DNA of 64,000 nucleotides from an uncultured virus (IMG/VR IMGVR_UViG_3300008108_000202) (taxonomy: Duplodnaviria > Heunggongvirae > Uroviricota > Caudoviricetes): the IMG/VR virus record IMGVR_UViG_3300008108_000202; one strand, 5' to 3'. Of the stretch, positions 9,142 to 18,891 are shown piece after piece. Positions within the stretch are counted from its first letter, which is position 1, and the number at the start of each line of letters is the position of its first letter. The notes below the pieces were generated by a model that was given only the letters and a program-made list of their open reading frames with translations, searched no databases and had not been told where the DNA came from. The position numbers and the translations under genes were made by a program.

Positions 9142-9526
9142 AACTTTCTATTGTTTCGTTGTTGTATGTTAGTGTGATCAGTTTTCTGGGTATGGAATTG
9201 TCCATATCAACTGTTTCTCTAATCATATTCCATCCAATTCCACCTCCATTTTCGTAATCATATCCAGCAAAAATTATTCGTTCTTTTTCACTCAATTCTC
9301 TTTCTTCAATCTTTAATCCCCACTTTTCAGAGAACTCAGAATCGGTTTTACATTTGTTGATGAATTCTTCTTTTGATAATAATTCAATAAGAATAACTCT
9401 TACTCGTTTCCCTTGACTCCTTAATCTATTAACTTCTTCTTTCTGTATTTCCCTTTGACGAATAATTTCTTTCTTGTAATTCTCATACGCCTCATCAATA
9501 ATCTGGTTGTATATTTCTTTATTCAT
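9134..9526 (-). CDS. ESYE-family paralog
   Basis: Same three blocks. Confidence 0.9.
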   Translation of the reverse strand: MNKEIYNQIIDEAYENYKKEIIRQREIQKEEVNRLRSQGKRVRVILIELLSKEEFINKCKTDSEFSEKWGLKIEERELSEKERIIFAGYDYENGGGIGWNMIRETVDMDNSIPRKLITLTYNNETIESYE

Positions 9527-9580
9527 TTATTGTTTGGTTTATTTTATCTACTTTTTCTTTCAATTGTTCTTTATGCATTT

Positions 9581-10588
9581 TTATCCATTATAATATTCAG
9601 ACTGTAAAATACCCCCATTTCTTGACACCACATACCCATAGAAATTTTCATCATCTTCCACATCAAAATAACCTTTAGGTGAACGATAGAAAAATACTTT
9701 TTCAGCATTCGGTATATGTTTTTTAACATCATATACTGAGAATGGGTATGAAACGGATGTAACTACTCTCCATTTGGTGTCCCAGTATTTATTGGGGTCT
9801 AATGGTTTTATTTGTCCTGTATAATAATTAAACATATACGTGTGTGGTGTGAGAGTGTAATGCTTACTCATCTTTATCTTTGTTTAAAAATTCTTCTTCT
9901 GTTAATAACTCTCTTCTTTCTATTAAATTCCCCACACTACCATAATATATGTCTATTGTATTTCCTTTTTTAAACCTTTTTAGTAAGTTATCTTCCATAA
10001 ACTCAAACACATCTTCAAGGGTACTTAAATCAGATCTGTATTTAAGTTTAATCCACTCACCGTCATTGTCTTTATAATACCATATATTATTCATCTTTGT
10101 TTTGGTTTTCTGTTATTACAACATTTATTAAATCGCCAGGCGAATAATCATCACAATCATAAAACGTTGTGTGTTTTTCTTTTAAGCAACGTTCACATAT
10201 TTCATATAATTCAATACTCCCATCACATTCTTTTGAATAGTGTGCGTCCGTGAATTTATGTCCAACAATTTTACACCATAAATAACAAAACAACATTGAC
10301 CCACCAAACCAAATAAGACCCAAAATAATAAAAGGAATCTCAAGTATAATTCTTAGTACTTCTTTTTTACTCATCTTTATCTTTGTTTTGGTTTAAGATA
10401 CCTAACTGTTTTAATAGGGTTGGTAATTCATTTATATTTTTGACGTGACCCTTAAATATTTGCATATTTCCTGATTTGATTCGTATATAATGATCATCAA
10501 ACTCTTTAAAATAAATGGTATAACTATCTTTTTTACATGGACCACCTAAAAATCTAAACCCTAAGCTCTCAAAATATTCTTTATACAT
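9581..10588 (-). other. four small coupled hypothetical ORFs (9581-9871, 9864-10094, 10087-10374, 10367-10588)
   Basis: Coupled through NKD(KD)E-stop/ATG junction repeats. Confidence 0.75.
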
Positions 10589-10592
10589 AACT

Positions 10593-10835
10593 TTACATTC
10601 TTACAAATCTATAAATTGCTATCTTGATGGATGGATGAGATTGTGTTTGTTCCTCTCTAACTTTTTCATGCCACTCACTATACGGACGAGCGTGAAATCC
10701 TCCAAACGAAAGTGATTTATATATTACAAGTATTTCATTTGTTTCTGTATGGTTACACATACAAACAATTTCGTATTGGCCACCTTTATAATGTTGCCAT
10801 TTTTCTCCTGGTTGTGGGTAATGTCTATTTTCCAT
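10593..10835 (-). CDS. DUF1653 family protein
   Basis: WQHYKGGQY...HTETNE.LVIYKSL...ARP motif. Confidence 0.85.
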   Translation of the reverse strand: MENRHYPQPGEKWQHYKGGQYEIVCMCNHTETNEILVIYKSLSFGGFHARPYSEWHEKVREEQTQSHPSIKIAIYRFVRM

Positions 10836-10919
10836 ATTTTTTTCTTAAGTATGCTGCGTATCTATTTCTTTTACGTAGGGGAATAAATAAGATCCCCCAA
10901 TTTAATTCAAACCATTTTA

Positions 10920-12940
10920 TCATTTTATAACTCGTTTTTCTAGTAAATTAATCAATGATTGGACTTCTTCAAATTTATGGAAACGGATGATCGGATCTGA
11001 TTCAAAGAAATCCACATACCATCCTTCATCTTCTTTTAATTCATCATTTGCGTTTGAGATGAGTTCAAATCCATCCACCACTTTATATGAGTAATAATAG
11101 AATGGGAATTGAGGATCATCCTCAACTTGTTTTTCAAAACCCAATAATTGTACTTCTTTTTCTGTCATGTGTTTTCGTTTACTTGTTTTGATTTATCATC
11201 TTCCTTCGCCTTGATCTTATCGTGTTTCATTTTGAATTCATATAAAATTCTTATGAACTCTTCAATTGTGTCAAATGACCATCTCTCCGTTTCAATAACA
11301 AAGAAATCTCCTCCACCACCATTATCCGTTTTAATGGTTAAATATTGTTCATTAGATGTTGTACAATCGGAATCTTGAGTAAATGTGATTTTAAGTTCTT
11401 GACTTAATAACCAAGGTTTTTTATTTTCCATAATTTATTTTTTTACAAAGATAATAAAAAAATTAATACTCAAACATATCATAACACCAAATTGGTGTTT
11501 TTTCTCCAACATAGGATCCTGAAACATTGTAATAGAAGTGTTCAAGAGCACTCTCAATTGTTTCGCCTTCTGAAACCAATATTTCAATACATTTTTTAAC
11601 GGAATATACTACTCTCAAAGAGTACTCATCAATCCCAATGATCGCATCGTCAAAACCTGTTGCTAACAAAATTTCTTCATCTGGGAATCTTTCATTTATT
11701 TCTTCTACCATAACTTTTTTTTAAAAGATAAAACAATTGAAATTATAAATCAATTTATCAATTTATTTTATCCAAAATTATTTGTATTGCAATAACGATT
11801 ACCGTAAAAGATACGGCAAATAAATGTAAAAGTTGTTCAAATAGTATCATATCCATAGTTTTTAATTTTTCTTTTCATAGACTTCAGTCCAATTATAATT
11901 CCCACATTGATTACAAGAATCACCATCATCAGATCTTTCGGTATTGTATTCATATTCACCTGAAAGTTGGACAACCCATTTAGCAATTTCAGCCCAGTCA
12001 TTCATACCTAACCCTTGTTTTAGTTCGGTTAGTTTATTCAGCAACTTATCTTGAAGATCTTCAATCATTTTTGGATCTCTATTATCATATTCATGCATGA
12101 ATAATGATTCACCATCAATTGTTACGTCTTGACCAAAACAACCTTCACTTATTATAATTTCATTCATAACCCTAAATTACTTGTTCTATTCATATCCAAA
12201 ATATATTTCTTTAGATTCTTAACCATTTCTTCGGCATCCATCTTTTTATAAAGTTCAGGATATCTTTCAGATAATAGTTTGGATTCCTCAAGTTCATCAC
12301 AACTTACCAAAATATCCTGTAACATTGATTTATAAATATGTTCCTTATCTTCCTTGAGATCTCTTTCAAATTTTTCACCTTCAAGTTCTCGGCAATAATC
12401 AATAAGCATCTCAACAGGATGTAAGTCCATTAAATGTTCGTTCCCTTCAAATATCTGATGTATGCTGGTCATATTATTCTTTATTTGATTCAATCATTAT
12501 TTAATAATTTATCAAGTTCTTTACCGTACTCTTTAAGCAATCTCTCTCGCTCTTGTGATTGACGGATCTTTTCATTTATTAATTCTTTTCTTTCTTTAGG
12601 TCTAACATAAAAGACCATTGTTATAATATATCCAATGATCATACAAAAAGCCCCCACACACATTAATCCAATTATATTCATATTATTTTTTTTAAAATAT
12701 ACCAAGTTCTAATTCTTTCAACTTATACTCACAAATAAGACAGGTTAGGATCGTATCAAATTTTGCCAATTTTTCAACTTTCTTCCAAGATGTTTTTGAT
12801 AGACCGTGCCCGTATCTACCAAGAATATTATTAGGATTACCATAATAGTTATTAGGATATTTTTCCTTGATGTGTCCAATAACTTTATCCTCTATTTTAG
12901 CCAAGGACATAACTTGACCGTATGTGAGATTGTCTTTCAT
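10920..12940 (-). other. cluster of small hypothetical ORFs (10920-11168, 11165-11431, 11463-11711, 11862-12167, 12164-12493, 12490-12705, 12692-12940)
   Basis: Co-directional, tightly packed ORFs with phage-like composition. Confidence 0.7.
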
Positions 12941-12941
12941 A

Positions 12942-13259
12942 TTAAAATTGTTTTAGTTTGTTAAGTGCTTTTTCGTGCCGATCATACTTCTGATTAGCAT
13001 GATACACTTGAAGGTGGGAAAACTCATCGTAGTTATCTGTAACACAATAATCGTGCGAGGACAAATATCCCCCAAGCAAAATTTTACACTCTTCTTTGGT
13101 ATATTTCTGAGTTCTCCTATCCAACAATTCTTTTAGTTTGTCAAACCCTCTTTCGGTATGTTCATTTTCTGGAAGGTGAGATCCGTCCTCCTCGTAGGAT
13201 TTCCAAATAGCCGACTTGTTGATCCCCAAATCGTTTTTAAGATGAATTAGTTTTTCCAT
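12942..13259 (-). CDS. hypothetical protein
   Basis: Starts just downstream of a TAnnTTTG box (13264-13271). Confidence 0.7.
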   Translation of the reverse strand: MEKLIHLKNDLGINKSAIWKSYEEDGSHLPENEHTERGFDKLKELLDRRTQKYTKEECKILLGGYLSSHDYCVTDNYDEFSHLQVYHANQKYDRHEKALNKLKQF

Positions 13260-13277
13260 ATCACAAATATACAAAAA

Positions 13278-13688
13278 TTATTTTAATTCATTCAAAATTT
13301 CCAAACAATTTTCTTTCCAATCAGGATGATCAACATTTAATGGTTTACAAGTATCTTTACTTTCCATTATAAGAATTAATTCGTGTAAGTCATCATCTAG
13401 GTGAAAAACAAAACCTTTATCTTTTAAATAGACAATTTTATCTTCACCATTAGTAAAATGAATATGTTCTTTTTTTATATTACATTTTTCAGAAACATTA
13501 TATAAGTTTTTGTTTTGTTCAATAATCCACCACCAAGCTTTTGACTTTGCGCTTTGGTTAGAATGTCTTGAAGTAACAATCCAAACCTCATGTCCTTGTT
13601 CAACCAATTCTTTAGCGAACTTCTGAACATCAGGTCTAGATAAAGTTCCGTCAAAGTCAAATGATACTTTTTTTAATTTATTACTCAT
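13278..13688 (-). CDS. HAD-superfamily phosphatase-like protein
   Basis: SFDFDGTL, VTSR, K and HLDDD motifs. Confidence 0.8.
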   Translation of the reverse strand: MSNKLKKVSFDFDGTLSRPDVQKFAKELVEQGHEVWIVTSRHSNQSAKSKAWWWIIEQNKNLYNVSEKCNIKKEHIHFTNGEDKIVYLKDKGFVFHLDDDLHELILIMESKDTCKPLNVDHPDWKENCLEILNELK

Positions 13689-13809
13689 CTTTAAATCTAT
13701 CTTTAAATGGGTGATTATAATCTCTACCTTTAATTATAAAGATACAGATAAAAACCAATAAAAATATAATAACGTTATAATTCATTTTTTATTTTTTTTA
13801 TAAACAGAA

Positions 13810-13833
13810 ATCCCCAAACTTTCATTTGGGGAT
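13810..13833 (-). terminator. intrinsic terminator-like hairpin
   Basis: atccccaaa-ctttca-tttggggat followed by a T-rich run on the minus strand. Confidence 0.7.
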
Positions 13834-13836
13834 CTG

Positions 13837-14017
13837 TGATATGAATTAATTGTGAGATTTGTTTTTAGTTAGAAAAAAGAGTTTTAAGTGTTAAATATAA
13901 CGAATGTTGAACTCTTGAAATTTGAGTTTGGGAAACATTATCATTATCTTACATCAACCATAGCCGGTTCTGATCAAGAAGTACACTAAAAACGCCTACC
14001 CACCTCAATCCACATCA
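13837..14017 (-). ncRNA. candidate structured RNA downstream of a DIP1984-like gene
   Basis: 13-bp closing stem with three G-U pairs plus 5- and 8-bp helices enclosing heptamer-like repeats. Confidence 0.55.
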
Positions 14018-14449
14018 AATTTCTGTTGTTGCGTTGTGGTGATCCAATTTGTCCTGCAACTCTTCAATTCTGTTTTCAATCACATCAATCATTTCATTTC
14101 TGCGACGAACTGAAATCACAGATTCCTTAATTGATTCCGCATCAAAGCGATATCTATCGCCAGTTGATTTACCTTCGGTACAATCCATTTTTTTCAATGC
14201 TTTCACATTTGATTTAAGCTCTGACATTTCAAAGATCATTTCAAATACATTCACATTTGCTCTGTGAATTTTTGATTTCAACTCAATCAATTGTTGGGTC
14301 AATTCATTAATTTGATCTACCAAAGTAAGTGGATCATATGGTCTTGGATTACCAGCCTCAACAGAATTATACTCCTGTAGTAGTTTGGTTTTGTCGGTGA
14401 TTTCCTTGATAAGTTTGTTTTTAAACTTAAGTGCTTGTCTAATTGTCAT
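14015..14449 (-). CDS. DIP1984/DUF6847-like coiled-coil protein
   Basis: MTIRQALK.K..., LKSKIHRAN and LQDKLDHHNATTEI resemble the family. Confidence 0.6.
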   Translation of the reverse strand: MTIRQALKFKNKLIKEITDKTKLLQEYNSVEAGNPRPYDPLTLVDQINELTQQLIELKSKIHRANVNVFEMIFEMSELKSNVKALKKMDCTEGKSTGDRYRFDAESIKESVISVRRRNEMIDVIENRIEELQDKLDHHNATTEI

Positions 14450-14517
14450 ATTGTTTAATTTATATGTGAAATGATATTTAATTTATTTTACACTATCAAG
14501 TGTTTTCATAAAAAAAA

Positions 14518-14929
14518 TTAAATTTCTTTTATTGTTTTAGGATCCACAGGCCAAATTGGCGTTCTATTTATTGTTACTTGGAATTTATGATGTAGTAAAT
14601 TGTTAATTCCTGCAAAATCAAGAACACCAACCATCCTTTTACCTTCACTATTTAAACACTCAACCCTTTTTCCGATCAAATGTTTAAATCTATCATCAGT
14701 CCTTTCATATAACCCTTTGTTTGTCATACTTACCATTTAAAATATCCACAATTTTTTTTGCCGAATCTTTTTCTGTGGTATGGAAATGTTTTTCCTTACC
14801 ACTCAAATAATTTCTACTCCATTTTTTATGGAATAAAAGATTTATCTTTTTTTCAATAACATATCTTATATTGTCATTATTTTTTTCTTCAACAATCCTG
14901 TATTTTACCATACCATTAAACATCTTCAT
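14518..14929 (-). other. two small hypothetical ORFs
   Basis: 14518-14736 and 14705-14929. Confidence 0.65.
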
Positions 14930-14987
14930 AAACCAAATTTAAATTATTTGCCAAAGGTAATGATATTATTTTTAAATGACAAACTTT

Positions 14988-15935
14988 TTATGGTAGATCG
15001 TCAGTATTATTGCGCCCCATCATTTCAATTACTCTATCTCCCCTATAGAGAGGTATACGTTCTATTAGTGGTAGTCCCATTTCAGGTTCATCCGCCACCA
15101 TAGGTGCTTCTTCACTCCATCGTTGTTCTGGTGTTATCTCATAAAAATGTTTTCTTGATTTTTGCTTTTCATCCTCAGAAAACAATTCATAATTATTAGG
15201 GTTAATTGAAAAGTCTACTAAATTAACCAAAATATCTAATCGTTCTCTATTCATATCCATTTCATATGAATCCACCTTATCATCTTTTTCATTATATATT
15301 GAAATTTTTGTTTCAATATCACTATAAACGCCAAACTTCCTTTTATTTTTCTTATTAATTACATAGATAAGAACTCCTTTAGATGAATGTTTATAAAAAT
15401 AATGTGGCTCGTTTATCATTGATGTACACCATTTTGTACCATAACCATATGTAACGGACGCTTCATGTGTCATAGGTTTAATAAATAACCATTCTTCATC
15501 ATCATGAACAATAATAATATCTTTCTTCTTCATTTTAAGAAGAGATTTAACTGAAGCCATGGATATCTGACGACTCATTTCATCAAAATTTTTATAAGTT
15601 GTTATGTCATTATTCTCAATAAGATCTCGTTCAAGAAGTTCAGTAAATTCCGGTATTTTCTCAATATTTTCAGGACGAAAAATATCATACAATACTCTAC
15701 TCAACAAATATTTTTCTATCAAATTATTTTGATTTACAAAAATATTTTTAATATAAAAATGTTCGCCAAGCACATATTTACCCAAATATTCCATCTCCTC
15801 TTTTAATCTATCCTTAAATACTTTCAACAAAAAAGGTGTTATTTTTTTTGTTGGTGTAGGATCAAATTTAGAAATTAAATCAATAAAATTAACACTCAAA
15901 CCAGGATTTTGAGATTTTAGATGTTTTGTTCCCAT
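14988..15935 (-). CDS. hypothetical protein with YG.GTKWCTS domain
   Basis: Domain shared with 46246..48090 (GRPWCTS...LYYVID). Confidence 0.75.
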   Translation of the reverse strand: MGTKHLKSQNPGLSVNFIDLISKFDPTPTKKITPFLLKVFKDRLKEEMEYLGKYVLGEHFYIKNIFVNQNNLIEKYLLSRVLYDIFRPENIEKIPEFTELLERDLIENNDITTYKNFDEMSRQISMASVKSLLKMKKKDIIIVHDDEEWLFIKPMTHEASVTYGYGTKWCTSMINEPHYFYKHSSKGVLIYVINKKNKRKFGVYSDIETKISIYNEKDDKVDSYEMDMNRERLDILVNLVDFSINPNNYELFSEDEKQKSRKHFYEITPEQRWSEEAPMVADEPEMGLPLIERIPLYRGDRVIEMMGRNNTDDLP

Positions 15936-15939
15936 AATA

Positions 15940-16362
15940 TTATTTTTTTCTTTCTTGTTTAACAATAGTTAAAGCATTTGATAATGTCCAATATGAATCC
16001 CAAAAACCACCACGATCATCAAGAAAAATATTAGCATATATTTTACCACTCACACCATAATGTTTATCCCATTCTGGATGCATTTGATTTACCCCATGTA
16101 CCACAATTCCAAGTTCCTCTACTTGTTCTTTACCTCTTTCTAATTGATGATCAGCCCTTGCGGTATTAATTAAAAATATAATACCTTCTTCTTGACACTC
16201 CAATATAAGATCAACCATCTTCTGACAATTCTCTTTAACTTCTTCATTATATGGGATAATAGTATCATCAAGATCACAACCAATTATAATCTTTCCATTC
16301 TTTAACCATTCGGTTGCGAGACGGTTTGTATAGAAATTTGCATGATGTCTAATTTGTTTCAT
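15940..16362 (-). CDS. HAD-like protein
   Basis: GCDLDDTI, NTAR and KIYANIFLDDR motifs. Confidence 0.75.
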   Translation of the reverse strand: MKQIRHHANFYTNRLATEWLKNGKIIIGCDLDDTIIPYNEEVKENCQKMVDLILECQEEGIIFLINTARADHQLERGKEQVEELGIVVHGVNQMHPEWDKHYGVSGKIYANIFLDDRGGFWDSYWTLSNALTIVKQERKK

Positions 16363-16394
16363 ATTTATATTTATAATAAAAATTGATGACTCCA

Positions 16395-16907
16395 TCAATG
16401 GGAGTCACCAACGTTATGTTTTTCACTGAAAATACTGTAATCAGGATTTATTATTTTTGCAACTTTACTACGTTCACCAGTTACAGATTTCACAACAACA
16501 CCTTCATGTGGAACTTTAGTCCCTTCTATAAAGTTGTTGAATACGTGTTTATCTTGTTCTTCTTTGTTCCAAGTTCCTTTATATAATACCTCAACACTTG
16601 GGAGTCCCAAACAATCAAAATGAACGGTTTCTTCAAGATGGGGTTGGTAAACACCATCAACCTCAACATCAAATCCGACAAATTTTATTTCATCCAAACC
16701 ATATTCATAGTTTTTCTGTATTCCCTTACCGTATATTTCACCATAGATTATGAAACCTTGTTCTAAATCTTCAGGATTGTAAGTATCTTTAATATGTTGC
16801 CACATTTTTTCTTTTATGTCATATTTTTCATTTACTTCAGACCACACGTCTGTTGGATAACAGTGTGTTTGTTTTTTCTTAAAAATTTTACTAAATAACC
16901 TTTTCAT
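16395..16907 (-). CDS. RNA ligase (DRB0094-like), C-terminal half
   Basis: IYGEIYG.GIQKNY, GFDV, HEGVVVK and KIINPDY nucleotidyltransferase motifs. Confidence 0.85.
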   Translation of the reverse strand: MKRLFSKIFKKKQTHCYPTDVWSEVNEKYDIKEKMWQHIKDTYNPEDLEQGFIIYGEIYGKGIQKNYEYGLDEIKFVGFDVEVDGVYQPHLEETVHFDCLGLPSVEVLYKGTWNKEEQDKHVFNNFIEGTKVPHEGVVVKSVTGERSKVAKIINPDYSIFSEKHNVGDSH

Positions 16908-16934
16908 ACTTTTTTTATCCAAAGATAATTAAAT

Positions 16935-17603
16935 TCATACATATTTCCAAATAAACCCACCTGCAGATTTTACTTTATTTTTACAACTGGCGTTGATATT
17001 TGCCTGGTCAATATTAAGTACCCTTGATGCTTCAGCACCTGATTCCCATCTTTTTATAAAATTACCATCTTTAGTAAATTGATTTATTGGTTTTGTGTTT
17101 TTTCTATTCATTTCTGAAAGGTCTGGTCTTTTTATACCTTTGTTACCGTTAGGTTTTCCTTTATTCCAAGGTTCCTTTCCTTTGGCAAATAAATTAGGTA
17201 TTCCTTTGTTCCAAGGAATACGACCTTTCAATGGGCTTATTCGTCCTTTTAGTGATTCAGAATTGGCTTTGTTTTTTTCTTCTTTTAATCTTTCGTATGT
17301 TCTTGATCTGACTTTATAGTCTCTATTTTGACTACCACTTTTCCCAAATAACATAAACCACGTTGCGTGTTTTAATTTAAAATTTTTTGGGTATATTTCT
17401 AAAAGTAATAAATGAGCGATAAAATGCTCTCTAGGAGTTAATAAAACAATATTGGGGTGTGTTCTCCATTGGTGACATTCTCCTTCACCACCTAAACACT
17501 TGGGTATTATGTGGTGAGCTTCGTATGATGTACCTTGTTTTTTCTTTCTATTTTCATTTTTTGCACGAAAGACTAATTGGTTGTATATTTTTTCATAATC
17601 CAT
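16935..17603 (-). CDS. HNH homing endonuclease with NUMOD-type DNA-binding repeats
   Basis: EAHHIIPKCLGG...LTPREHFIAH; PWNKG repeats; C-terminal KSAGGFIWKY. Confidence 0.88.
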   Translation of the reverse strand: MDYEKIYNQLVFRAKNENRKKKQGTSYEAHHIIPKCLGGEGECHQWRTHPNIVLLTPREHFIAHLLLLEIYPKNFKLKHATWFMLFGKSGSQNRDYKVRSRTYERLKEEKNKANSESLKGRISPLKGRIPWNKGIPNLFAKGKEPWNKGKPNGNKGIKRPDLSEMNRKNTKPINQFTKDGNFIKRWESGAEASRVLNIDQANINASCKNKVKSAGGFIWKYV

Positions 17604-17708
17604 AAAAAAGAAATCCCTAAAGAAACTAAAAAGGTACGAGCTTTTTAACTCAATAGGGTTTCTAATAAATTTATTTAAGTTCTCGTACAACCTATAATAT
17701 TATAAATA

Positions 17709-18389
17709 TCATAATGATTGTATATCTTTTAAAACATTATGACTTCCTATATGAAATTCATATTCACACCACTTCCATTTATCACCACCGATACCAAAAT
17801 TGGTGTTTAAGAATATTTTCATCTTTTCAATAAAAGATATTTTTTGTTTCCTTAAAATAGCATAACGGGCATTAGTTCCGTGTATCTTACGAGTGATAAC
17901 TACCTCATCTTCCTCGTTAAACATATCAGGGACATTTTTCATATTTGGGAACTTGTAATAGATGTGAAAATTGGGGTTTTCATTTCTTTTTACTTTACGT
18001 CCATTTCCACCCAAAGTTACCATTTTAACTGGTGGTTCGTATTTGAATATCTCCAATAGTTCCATAACATCAGAACCTTCGTAACGATACTTTTCAGGTA
18101 TGAAACTTATTGGTAAGATCAAACATTCAGAGTAAATTCCACGAAGTTTCACGGTTCTTACTCTTTGTCCTTTACGAAGATATCCAGTAACACCCATACG
18201 ATCAGATATCTCTTTGGGTATTACCGCATCAGTTGTTGTAACGATTACAAGATCACCTTCTTTGTATTCACCCTTTTTGGTTATTGCCATCCAACCATTA
18301 ACACTTACTAATTCTATATTATCAGCACCAGGTATTTGAGTTGGTACTCCAACTTTACCTATATATGCAACACTATTTTGATTTTCCAT
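17709..18389 (-). CDS. RNA ligase (DRB0094-like), N-terminal half
   Basis: IPGADNIE, RVRTVKLRGIYSE and motif I RKIHGTN. Confidence 0.85.
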   Translation of the reverse strand: MENQNSVAYIGKVGVPTQIPGADNIELVSVNGWMAITKKGEYKEGDLVIVTTTDAVIPKEISDRMGVTGYLRKGQRVRTVKLRGIYSECLILPISFIPEKYRYEGSDVMELLEIFKYEPPVKMVTLGGNGRKVKRNENPNFHIYYKFPNMKNVPDMFNEEDEVVITRKIHGTNARYAILRKQKISFIEKMKIFLNTNFGIGGDKWKWCEYEFHIGSHNVLKDIQSL

Positions 18390-18390
18390 A

Positions 18391-18891
18391 TTATATACGT
18401 TTTAAAATTAGACATCCATCTTGGTCAAGTTTTGGTTTTCTTTCAAAACACCCACAATTATGAGCTGGTGAATCTTGAAAACAACCATCATCATTGTTAC
18501 CATTACATTCGCCAATGTACTCCATCTCAATATCAACATCCCATTCAGTTTGTTGTTTCATATGTCTGTCAAACCACTCTTCAAATTCATAAGCGATACT
18601 ATTTTTGCCTATATGTCTTGCAACTGCAAATGCTTCACGTATATCCTGGAAGCCTTTTTGAAACCCTAACATAAGACTTAACTTATGATTATCACCACCT
18701 GTTTCTTGATTTATAGTATTTTTCATACATTCAATAGCCAACTCATCCAAATCATAACCACGCTCAATTGCTTGGCAGTTTTTGAGGGATAGTTTACTAC
18801 CATCGGTACTACCACCAGTGATACCTAAAACATCTCCTGACTCTGATCTCAATAGATATTGATTTCCTGTCTTAATTAGTTTTCCTTTCAT
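18391..18891 (-). CDS. NCQAIE-family protein
   Basis: Paralog of 6963..7481. Confidence 0.85.
   Translation of the reverse strand: MKGKLIKTGNQYLLRSESGDVLGITGGSTDGSKLSLKNCQAIERGYDLDELAIECMKNTINQETGGDNHKLSLMLGFQKGFQDIREAFAVARHIGKNSIAYEFEEWFDRHMKQQTEWDVDIEMEYIGECNGNNDDGCFQDSPAHNCGCFERKPKLDQDGCLILKRI

Larger units (their letters stand above)
215..9190. repeat. dispersed gene-junction direct repeat (t)cataactttctattgtttcgttg, about 12 copies
   Basis: Copies near 215, 396, 802, 1548, 1900 (partial), 2190, 2676, 2924, 5550, 5676, 8881 and 9134. Confidence 0.9.

Noticed and set aside
1..9526. ESYE family as a diversity-generating retroelement
   Set aside because: No reverse transcriptase in the window; the variation is length-variable block replacement, not adenine-specific substitution.
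16908..17709. Group I intron in the RNA ligase gene
   Set aside because: The non-coding flanks are too short for a catalytic core and no P/Q/R/S elements were recognised; not formally excluded without RT-PCR.
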